Below the pieces are notes generated by a model. The model saw only the letters and a list, made by a program, of their open reading frames with translations, did no database searches and had not been told where the DNA came from. From NCBI GenBank assembly GCA_951406725.2, contig OX597821.1, positions 42,346,001-42,410,000 of the forward strand: DNA of 64,000 nt. Direction: 5' to 3'. Source of the stretch: Octopus vulgaris (Eukaryota). Position 1 is the stretch's first letter. Each line of letters begins with the position of its first letter. Made by a program: the position numbers and the translations under genes. Below, piece after piece: positions 12,301 through 24,700 of this stretch.

Positions 12301-12940
12301 TTAGAAAGAAGATGAAGAGTTACCCTTCCAATAGTCTGCTCCTTTAGTTTTGAAATTTTCCTGTTCTCTCAGTAATTTCTCTTGTAACAGTTTACTTTTG
12401 TTGGTGAGGGCTAGTAACTGGGACTGGTTCAAATTATCTCTTAGATGAGAGATCTGTAAACAAATAAACATGGTGAATATATATATATATATATTACAGA
12501 TATAGGGTGAAAGATAATTAATTTAATAAAATCAACAAATTTCACCCAGTAGTATTTCAGTATTTTTGGAGGGAAATACGAATTCACTTGTCTATATAAA
12601 TGTGAATATGCTGATTAGCTTTTATATGTTCCGATGACGCTTGGTCGGAAATATAAGAGGCAAGTTTTCCTAGCATTTCTAGATTTATTTATTGGAATAT
12701 TATGTCGATGAAGGAAATGAATCTTATGATTCTAATCCAGAAACGTAAGTCCATAATTAACCGAAGACTGTTTGATTTCATTATTTTTCTTCCTTTTTTT
12801 TTACCATATGTGAGTTACAAATATTGTTGTCTGTGGAGACATATTTTTGTAGAAAAAGGAAATAGTAGCCCTTTGGCTGCTATTTCTAAAATTTTCGGTA
12901 TGTGGTCAAGCAACTTGTTGCAAAACCATTATTGTTATAA

Positions 12941-12975
<35 letters not shown>

Positions 12976-14911
12976 TACACTATAGCTGAGTAGCTATAGA
13001 ATACCTTTATTTCAATTTTTGTTAATTCTATGTCTTGTTCCATGAATAAGCTTCTTGATGAGAATGGATTTTTATATTATTTGGTGCAATTTATAATGTT
13101 TTCCATTTGATACGTAAATGTAAAGACTTTTCTTACCTCTTACTCCTGCAAATTTGGTATACTAATGTAACTTTTCACACTGAATTTGATTTTGTGATTT
13201 TTTTATTCATTTATCCCTTTACTTGTTTCAGTCATATGACTGTGACCATGCTGGAGCACTGCCTTAAAGGGTTTTAGTCAAAGAAATCGCCCCCAAAACT
13301 TATTCTTTGTAAGCCCAGTACTCAATCTAACAATCTCTTTTGTTGAACCACTAAGTTATGGGGCATAAACACAACAACATCAGTTGTCAAGCAATGGTGG
13401 GGGAGACAAACAAAAACACACACACAGACATACATAGAGCCATGCTACATGGCAGTGAAACATGGGCCGTGACTCATGAGGACATGCATAAGCTTGCAAG
13501 GAATGAACCCAGTACACCCTGCTGGATGAGTAATGTCAGTGTGCATACTCGACAGAGTGTAAGTGCCTTGAGAGAAGAGTTGGACCTAAGAAGCATCAGA
13601 TGTGGTGTGCAAGAGAGACAAATGCACTGGTATGGTCATGTGGTAAGAATGGATGAGGATAGCTGTGTGAAAAGGAGTCACACCCAAGTGGTTGAGGGAA
13701 CCTGTAGAAGAGGTAGACTCAGGAAGATCTGGGATGAGGTGGTGAAGCACGACCTTCGAACATTAGGCCTAACCAAGGCAATGACTAGTGACCAAGACCT
13801 TTGGAAATATGCTGTGCTTGAGAAGACCTGGCAAACCAAGTGAAACCATAACCCATGACCTCTGCCAGTGGTGTAACCAGCCCACTTATGTGTACCTTTC
13901 CTTCATTGGACACTAAACTCTGCTTGCAAAGACCTGTTGAGGCAAGTGAAATCAAAAAAAAATTCGATGACAGCACCGCATGACTGGCATCCATGCTAGT
14001 GGAGTGCTAAGAGCACCATCCAAGTGTGATCATTGCCAGGGCCACTGACTGGCTACCGTGTCAGTGGCACATTAAAAGCACCATTCGAGCATGATTGTTA
14101 CCAGCGTCGCCTTACTGGCACTTATGCCGGTGGCACATGAAAACCAACATTCGAGCGAGGTCATTGCCAGTGCCACTGGACTGGCTCCTGTGTAGGTGGC
14201 ATGTAAATAACACCATTTGAGTTTGGCCGTTGCCAGTACTGCCTGAATGGCCCTCGTACCGGTGGCACATAAAAGCACCCATTACACACTCTGAGTGGTT
14301 GGCATTAGAAAGGGCATCCAGCTGTAGAAACTCTGCCAGATCTGATTGGAGCCTGATGCAGCCATCTGGTTCGCCAGTCCTCAGTCAAACTGTCCAACCC
14401 ATGCCAGCATGGAAAGCGGACGTTAAACGATGATGATGATCATGATACACATACATATCTATAAACACACATATATATACATATATATATACACACACAT
14501 ATATACATATATATATACAGACATATATATACAAATATATATGTACACACACACACATATATATATATACATATATATATATAAATACACACACATACAT
14601 ATATATAAACACATACATATATACACACATTCATATATACATACACATATATATAGATATATATATATATACATATATATATACATACACATACATATGG
14701 ATATAGATATATACATATATATATATATATATACATATATATACACACATATACATATATATATATATATGGCGTTAGGAAGGGCATCCAGCTGTAGAAA
14801 CATTGCCAGATAAGACCAGAGCCTGGTGCAGCCTTCTGGCTTCCCAGATCCCCAGTCGAACCGTCCAACCCATGCTAGCATGGAGAACGGACGTTAAACG
14901 ATAATGATGAT

Positions 14912-14945
<34 letters not shown>

Positions 14946-15596
14946 TACATACACACACACACATATATATCATCATTGTTTAACATCCGTTTTCCATGCT
15001 AGCATGGGTTGGACGGTTCGGCTGGGGTCTGGGAAGCCAAGAGGCTGCACCCGGCTCCAATCTGATCTGGCAGTGTTTCTACAGCTGGATGCCCTTCCTA
15101 ACACCAACCACTCCATGAGTGTAGTGGGTGCTTTTTTATGTACCACCGGCACAGGTACCAGGGGAGGCTGGCAACGGCGATGATCAGTTGGTGCTTTTTA
15201 CGTGCCACCGGTATGGAAGCCAGTCAAGGCGGCACTGGCATCGGCCATGTATGGATGGTGCTTTTTACGTGCCACCAGCATAGGTATCACAACTGACATG
15301 TGATATATAATATATACTTTTAAAATGCAAAACATTGGGGAAACATACCTGTTTATCGAGTTGTTGCTTTTCAAACCTAAGAACCTCCATGGATACTGTA
15401 CCGCTTCTGGGAAATAATGGAAGAAAAAAAAAAGAGATAAATGAGAACAAATGGAGAGTATCTTCTTTAACAACAACAACAATAGTAATGACATCAATGA
15501 CAATTATCACACTTCCTCCTACCTTACCCACCCTTACAACATTATTAATAACTACTGTGAACACCAACAAATACAACTGGGTGAGTGAGTGAGTGA

Positions 15597-15638
<42 letters not shown>

Positions 15639-15735
15639 TGATGCAAACAGGAAAAATAGAACTCAATATAGAGTATATGCATATTTTATACTAATTAGCC
15701 CTTGTGTCACTCTGTTGCTTCTATTAAATAATAAT

Positions 15736-15782
<47 letters not shown>

Positions 15783-18700
15783 GATAGATGAAACTTACTT
15801 AGAAATGAATGCGTGGGTTCCGTCATATAATAACAAATTAATAGATAAAACATATGCATATATACATACATATATGTACGTACCTACACCTACATGTATA
15901 TATACATGCATATATGAGTACAGGACACCAAAAAAACGCCGAACACAATGAGAAACGAAAACATAAACACAAAACCAAGGAAATGGACATTTTTCTTGAA
16001 CAACGAAAAATAGAGTACAAGACATACAACACAAGGAAAATTCCCCTTCTTCAGCTGCCTCTGTTTCATCTACTCCACGTTTCGAAGGTAAAGGCAAGAC
16101 ATGACTTCATTGAAACAGTCCTTCCCGCAAAAAGCAAATTAAATAAAATTTGAGATTTTTTTTGCGGAGGTGTAAAAATGGTAACAAAAGCAGGATAGTA
16201 AAAACAATACAAAATAAAAACAGTAAAAGACAGGACAAGGAGAATAACAGTAACACGAACATTAAGGGCTGTTAAGCCAGAACGAATGAGAAAATATTAA
16301 TAATGATGCGCACTCTTAACCTTTCTATCCCCCTCCCTCTCTCATCCTTCATTCTTTCTGGCTTCCTTTTCTTCATCCTTGCTGTCCCTCTCTCTCTCAT
16401 TCTTCATTCTTTCTGGTTTTCTCTACAACCATTCCCTTTTTTTCTCTCCCTTTCTCTTGCTCCTCCTCCTCCCTCCCGTCGTTGACTCATGATGAGAGGT
16501 CTGCTACTGTCTTTCTGACCTGGCTTCCTTCAGGTGTGGATGGCTTTCCTGTGTCTCTCTCTTGCCGTCGTCAAAAAGTGTTCATAATATTTTCTCATTC
16601 GTTCTGGCTGAACAGCTCTCATTGTTTGTGTTACTGTTATTCTCTTTGTCCTGTCTTTTTCTGTTTTTATTTTGTATTGTTTTTACTGTCCTGGCAAACC
16701 AGGATGCTTCCACTCCATATTCTGTCTTTTGGATTCTGCCACATAATGATGGACCCACGTTTCAGCTCCTGTGACTATTCTGTTCAAGAATTCCTCACCC
16801 TCATTGTTGTAGCGATCAAGTAAACATTGGCAGGCCTCAAGATGTTTGTGCTTGTACTCTGCAGTAAGCTCTCTTGGCACCCATCTTGCACAGTCTTTAT
16901 GGAAACCGAGTTCATTGTGAATGATTTGATAGGCAGAACCATGACTAATCTGCAGAGAACGAGCTACCTCATCAATGATTACTCGCCTGTTCACCATTAC
17001 CATCTCTTGAGCTTGCTGAATCTTCTTGTCATTTGTGGAGGTTGACAGACATCCCTGTATTGTGCTAAAAGCCTCCAATGAATTTCAGCACCCAACACAC
17101 CTTTCAACCACAGAAATCGGATCACTACTCTTTGTTCTTCTTTGGTGCACATTGCTAGTGGAGTGGCCATGCTTACACTGTAAAACCAGAAAGGAAAATG
17201 ACATGATCAGGCTCAAACTTTGATCATGTGACCACAATAGTACCAACTATAAGCACACCTGTGCAGAAAGAAGTGTGACAATAATAAAGATATGATATGA
17301 TGAGAGTGCAGATAATTTTTTACTTCCCACTGTATATCAATAATGAGTTTATTGTATACAGTACTCAGGTGCACAACAAATGTAATAATTAACTGTACTT
17401 CCAGTTGGAATTTATACTGAAAGGAAAAAAAAAAACAGAAGGAAAATGAAACTGACTTACTTCTGATTCACAGTGGCGGTTGCCTGGAATGAAATAAAAA
17501 AGAAACTTTGATTGAAAACTAAATTGTGATTTGACAGATGTTTCTAGTATGCTAGGTATGCTCTGCAGGGAGGAAGCTACAAGATTTGAAACTAAAATGT
17601 CATGTCTAAAATCTAATTATAATTTTCCAGAAGTCAAAGAAGATGTAACAAATATTATTGACTGTTATGGAATGTGGCATGAACAAATCCCTAAGTCACA
17701 TTTGAGTGAAGTGAGAGTGCTAATAATAATACTAATGCCACCAATAATAATAATAATAAATGCCCTGATGCAATACCAGGCACTGGCTCTCATGGCTTCT
17801 GATCTTAACTGATTGAAAGTGTTATCATGTATATGTCTTGTCTTGGCGTAAAAGATGAGCTACAACAAATATTCTGCTCAAAACTAGATTTGCTTGTCAG
17901 TTACATGACCCTTGTTGAGCATGCTTGATCAGTTGAGCATATACCTTGGTTGCTGATATGTGCATCTCTGATCATGAGCAGAAGTAGTGGGGGAGCATCA
18001 TAGTCATGTGTTGAGAGGAATTCTTTGGGGTTTGAATAATTCACCTCTGGGAACATAAGTGTTTTGTTCAGCCTCCTTAAACAACCCTTATTCAGGGACC
18101 TTTTCAGTGGGCTGAGTTTCTTAGTCTGAATATAAAAATCTTAGTCGAATATAAAAATCCAGAAGAAATGCTGCTAAGCATTTTGACAAGCACAGTAATG
18201 ATTCTGCCAGCTAACTGCCCTAATAATAATAATAATAATAATAATAATTGTTTAAAATTTTGGTACAAGGCCACCAATTCAAAATAGTCGTCACCACCAC
18301 CATCATCATTTATTGTCCATTTTCTATGCTGGCATGAGTAAGATGATTTGACAGGAACTGGCAAGTCAAAACACTACACCAAACTCTGCTGTCTGTTTTG
18401 GCATGGTCTCTATGAATAGATGCCCTTCCTAATGCCAGACACTTTACAGAGTGTACTAGGTGGTTACTTACATGGAACCAGCACCAGTGAGTTCACCAAG
18501 TAACTTGCAGGACAAGACTGCTCAACCCAGGGGGTGGGGGTGGGGTAATATTGAGGGACAGAAAAAGTGTCTTACATTAGAAGAGAAAGACATGGCTACT
18601 TCAGATGGAGAGAGAAAGAGAGAGAGGAGAAATGGTGAAAATGTGACAAAGAGGGGGCAGGGGCCAACACTTTATTTCATTGACCTGAAAGGATGAAAGG

Positions 18701-21700
18701 CAAAGTCAAAGCTGGCAAAATTTGAACTCAAAACATAAAGAGCCAGAAAAAAATGCCACCAAGCACTTTGACATGCTAACAATTCTGCTATCTCACCACC
18801 TTAACAACAACATGAGGCCACAAATCTGAGGTTACTACATTTAAGTAGCCCCAGGAGGATGAAAGACAACATTAACCTTGGTGGGATTCAACCCAATGTA
18901 AAAAGCCAGAACAAATATTGCCAACACATGACTATGATGCTCCCCCACTACTTCTGCTCATGATCAGAGATGCACATATCAGCAACCAAGGTATATGCTC
19001 AACTGATCAATGCACTAATGGCTTTGCCAATCTACTGCCCTAATAATGATACATAATTATTTCTAATTTAAGCAAAAAGCCAGCAATTTTGAGGGGAGGC
19101 GGGTTAGTCAATACCATCAACCCCAAAACTTAAGCAGTACTTTATTTTATTGACTCCAGAAGGATGAAAGCCAAAAATGGGCATGACCTCAGAACATATA
19201 TTGCCAGAAGAAACACCAAACAGAATTTTTTCAAGCTATTTTAACAATTCTGCCAGCATAAAATTTTGGCATATGGCTGGCAATTTTGGTGGAAAGAGTA
19301 ATTCGATTACATAGACCCCAGTACTCAACTGGGGTTGACTTTATCAGCCCTGAGAGGGATGGAAAGTGAAGTCAACCTCAGTAACATTTGAACTCTGAAT
19401 GCAAAGATGGACAAAATGTAGCAAATCATTTTGCTCGGTGGTGCCCCAGCATGGCCATGGCCTTCGGGCTAAAACATTTTTAAGGATTTAAGGTGTACTA
19501 ACAATTCTGCCAGCTTGCCATCTTTCAACCCCCTTAATATCAGTTTCAAATTTTAGCACAAGGACAGTAATTTCAAGTGAGGTAAGTAAGTTGATTACAT
19601 TGACCCCAGTGCTCAACTGGTACTTATTTTATCAACCCTGAAATGATGAAAGCCTCCTGAGGAATTTGAACTCAGAACGGAAAGACAGATAAAAATGCTG
19701 CTTTAAGCATTTTGCTTGACATGCTAACAATCCTGCCAGCTCACCATCTATTTGATCACTTTAATATTAATAATAATCTTATTAACCACAAAAGATAAAA
19801 AGCCACAAAGTGTGGCCTCTAAATTAATGTGATATCAAAATAATGATGATGATGATGTCTAAGTGCAAAACTAGACATCTGAGAGAAGAAGCGGGTGCTC
19901 AATGAAATCAACTGGTAATTGACCAGTTATTTTGTTAACGACAAAAGGATAAAACTTAAGTTTGACTTCAGTAGGATTTGAAACCAGAAACTAAATACCA
20001 CACTCAAAGCATTTTATTTGACAGTCAACTAATTCTGCCAATCTTAACCCTTTAGCATTCAGATTACTCTGTCAAATGTAATGCATATTTATTCACATTA
20101 TTTAGAATTTATCTTGCATTAACTTGTAGCCTTGAAATTTCAATGTGATATTTTTAGAATGGTATTATGAGAGGTCATAAAAAAAGTAGAAGATTTTGGC
20201 CAAATATGGCTGGTTTATGCTAAAGGATTAATATAAAATTTACATATTTATACTGCTATCTTGTTTCCTAAAAACACAAAAAAATTAGTTAATGTGAATG
20301 AATAAAGTTACTTACATTTGCTGATACATTCGCATCAGTTTTCTGAAAAAAACAAGACAAAAAAAAAATAATAATACTTCTAATTTTGATACAAGGTCAG
20401 CAATATTGAGGGGAGAAAATTAGTTAATTATATCAACTCCAGGACTACGTTCGTACTTTACTTTACGGCTGTCAAAACAATGAAAAGTAATGTTGACCTC
20501 AGCAAGAATTCAACTCAGAACTTAAAGACCCAGAAGAAATGCTGCTAAGACAAAAAATTCTACCAGCTTGCTACCTTAATAAACTTTTCTACTAAAGGCA
20601 CAAGGCCTGAAATTTTTGGGGTAAAGGACTAGTTGATTAAATTGACGGTAGAGTTTCACTGGTACTTAATTCATTGACCCCAAAAGAATGAAAGGCAAAG
20701 TCAACCTCGGTGGCATTTGAACTCAGAACCTGAAGACAGACAAAATACCACTAAGCATTTCACCCGGCATGCTAACAATTCTGCCAGCTCACTGCCCTCT
20801 TGCTACCTTAATAATAATAACAAATAATAATACAGTGGAACCCCAGTTTACAAATTTAATTTGTTCCTGAAGGCCATTTACCACCTGAAGTGTTTATAAA
20901 CCAAAATTATTTTTCCCACGACAAATTTGAATAAGGATGGACACTGAGGAAAAACTGAACCGCAACTGGCACTCTCCCATTGATACTCCCGGCTTGTTGC
21001 TAACCATTGTTGCTGGCTTGCATGTTTATTACTGGAGACACTGTAGGTCACTAGAAATGTCTCCTGTTCAAAAAATGGTTTGTGATAAGAGGTGCTTGTA
21101 AACCAAGGTTCCACGGTAATAACAACAATAAACAAACAACTAAATAGATAGACAACAGAAGTTAATGTACACACATATCAGTTAACATACATGTACATTA
21201 TTTAACACACACATATTAATTAATATGCATACACAATATAGGCATGCTGTGCAGTTCAGAAGTTTGCTTCACAATTAAAAGGTCTCAGATTTGATCCCAC
21301 TGCCTGGCATCTTAAGCAAGTATCTTCAACCCCAAAACTTTGACCAGTGAAATGAAGAAGGAAACTGTGGAAATCCATCTAATGGACTATATTTGTTCTT
21401 GGATGGTGAACTTATCTACTTAATATCTGATTTAACAGTCCAACCACCACCACTTCCTGGTCTTTCAATGTCTTCAGTCCATTTTGTTGCAAACATCCAA
21501 GTCATGTCTTTGATCTGAAAACAACATCCCAAGTTAGCTTTATGAGGATCAACAATACCATGGTTAAAAATGTCATTGTTTTGAAATTATTTTTTTCCTA
21601 TTGGAATGGGTTCATGGGGATATAGCATATCACTTGGGTTAGTCACAACACCTAAGCACAGCACCTCATACATGTGGTGGCACATTACATGAATATAGTC

Positions 21701-24700
21701 CTTAATCCTGCATCATTTTGTCAATATGGTCCAACAATTTGTTGAGTGACAACTTCATTACTTTTAATTCTCTACATCATCTTCTTTCAGTGTCAGTACA
21801 CATGACACTTTTGTATCCAGTACCTATCATCCATTCACATCTAAAGTCCACTCCAGGACAGCTGCTTCACCTGTACATATTGGTTGATGCATTTCTCATC
21901 TCTCAGATAAATTTTGAGTTTAACCCTTTAGTGTTCAGATTATTCTATCAAACAATGCTTATTGATTCACATTGATTTGAATTAATCATGCATTATCTCA
22001 TATCTTCAAGATGTTGATGGTGTAATTACTTAATGTAGAATAACAGCGTAGGGTAGGTGTGAGAGCCTGGATCTGGTCAGTTTGAACATAAAACAGATTA
22101 AATATTTTGGCTGGATATGGCCGGTTTAAATACTAAAGGGTTAAATAAACAGCAAGTTTATCACCTACCTGCACCAAGTCAAAAAGAAATTTTAACATGA
22201 GAGGTTGCTATTCTGTTCCTGCAGAAAAAAATTTATCTCATATGTACTTCACATTATGAAATTGCTCTCAAAAATCTCCCAGAGCTCAGATATTTTACAC
22301 TTACATTTGACATAAGGGCAAAGGACAGGAGAACTGGATGTGGTGTGAAAGCTAAGACCTGTATAAAGGTATGAAAATATAAATGTACTTACTTTTCTCA
22401 AGAACTGGTCAATAATCAATATTTTCTCCTTCATTTCTTCAACCTGTTTATTCTTTAAGGGGTCACGTAGCCTCAGTTTCACTTCTAGTTTACCACCAAC
22501 TGACTTACGGCCATCCATTAACTGAATAATATGAGAAATAGGGACGATTTTGTTAATCATCATCATCATTCAACATCCATTGTCCATGCTGGCATGGGTT
22601 GGACAGGTTTGACCAGGGCTAGTAAGCTGGAAGGCAGCACCAGACTCCAGTCTGATTTGGCATGGTTTCTAGGTTGGATGCCCTTCCTAATGCCAACTAC
22701 TCAGAGTGTAATGGGTGCTCTTACGTGCCACTGTCACAGGTGTATTTGTATGACACCAGTATCTGCCACGACTTCAATTTTACTTGGCTTGATGGGCCTT
22801 CTTCTCAAGCACAGCATAATGCCAAATGTCTTGGTCATTTATCATTGCCTCCCTAAAGATGCTTTTCACGTGCCACCAGCATTGCCCTCCCCGACCCCAC
22901 TCCCACATGCTGTAGCCACTATACCACCCAACCTTCCCCTTTCCGCTGCCGAATGTTCACTCCTCAGCAAGGGTCTCTACTTGACACCTCTCACTGTGAC
23001 AAATTTGGGACCTGTGTGCTACCCTTGTGTTCACTGGTTTGTAAACAGTGGCTTTCTGATATGCTTTGACATGTTACATGATCTTTGTAAACAAAAAGGC
23101 TATTGCATTTCCTGCTCCTCACATAAAACATGTCCAGGTTGTTAGTTGTTGAACAGACTGGGAGAAAATATAACTCGCTTGGAAACAAGTGAGTTGTGGT
23201 GACAAGAGGGGCATCAGGCTGTAGAAAGACTCTGCCTCAATACACTCATTTGACTCCATGCAAAAATTGAAAAGTAGATGTTAAAACGATGACACCCATG
23301 CCAGCATGGAACATGGATACTAAACGATGATGATGATGATGTACTGGTGAGTCAAACATAGTAAAGATGACATGAAGAGGAAAAAAGGGGTGAATGCAGT
23401 AAATTTGGGTGTGGCCTGCATGTTGATTAAGGGCAGATACTGTTGTAGTAATAATAAAATAGAAAGAAAAAAAAAAAGGATGCAGTATCTGGGTGTTAGT
23501 AATTGTAATATGCTAAGATTTGTTAATCTTTTTGGTAACAACCTACTTGTGAGATACCCTTGGTTTTATGATACAGCCCCATTTTAAAGCAATCATATCT
23601 AAGATATAACCTTTCATCATAATTTTATTGAAGAATCTTTTGTTGTGTTATTAAACAGCAGCATAATAATGTACAAGTTAATTATCTTATTAAACTTGTT
23701 CAAATTCTGTAATAATTACAAAATTAATTGATATACATAGTCTAAGTGTTCTCTAAGACATGCTACCCTCAGGATTCATCCACGGGATGGCCTTTTTTTT
23801 ATAGTCTGTAGGGAGTATAGAATGAGTGACTCTGTAAAACATGTAACATGGTAGGTAGGTAGGTAGGTAGGTAGGTGAGTATTGGATAGGATGTGTATGT
23901 ATGAATATGAGTGAATGGTTTAGGTGGTTAACTTACATCATAGGAATCATGGATTGTGCATTTGCTTTCTAAAGACTGCAGTTTGATGTTCACTGTACCC
24001 AACACTTTATCACTTTTAAGGAAACCTCTGGATAAAAAAAAAACAAATAAATAGCATGAAATGGTTGTAAGGGACATACTGATTGCAGTTAAGGGCTTTT
24101 GAGACACATACACCTTATATATATTCTGATTAGTTCTGCACATCACCAATTGTCCCTCAATTTACAGAGTACTCAGTTAACATGGAATCACTTTATCTCG
24201 GTTTTGGTTACATTTTTTTCAGTTTATGTTTATCATTAAAAAATAGCACATATATACTATGAGCTTCTTTTAGTTACCAGCTACCTGAACCATTGACAAG
24301 GTTTTATTCATCAAGGAGCTATAACAGAAGGCACTTGCCTAAGGAGCCATGCAGTGGGACTGAACCCAAAACCATATAGTTAAGAAGCTTCTTAACCACA
24401 CAGTTATACCTGTGCCAAAGAAAGAGTAAGAATTTGGTGATGCTCTCTGTTAGTAATTTAATTATTGTTATCTATTTATTAATAATTTAATTAGGAAACT
24501 GATGTATAAGAATAAATATATTGTAAACATACATGAAAACACATTTAATTAACTTTATTCAAACCACCTTGGCAGGTGAAAGTGACATAACAGGAGGTAC
24601 ACAGCATCAACAAGTATAAACCACATTTGTAATGAACATCTATGATCACTATATCATATCAGCAGATGGTTATGTTTTTAGAATTGCATTTCATCAAAAT

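Noticed and set aside
22531-23145. 204-aa plus-strand ORF
   Set aside because: Runs through an antisense SINE tail and low-complexity sequence; no recognisable domain
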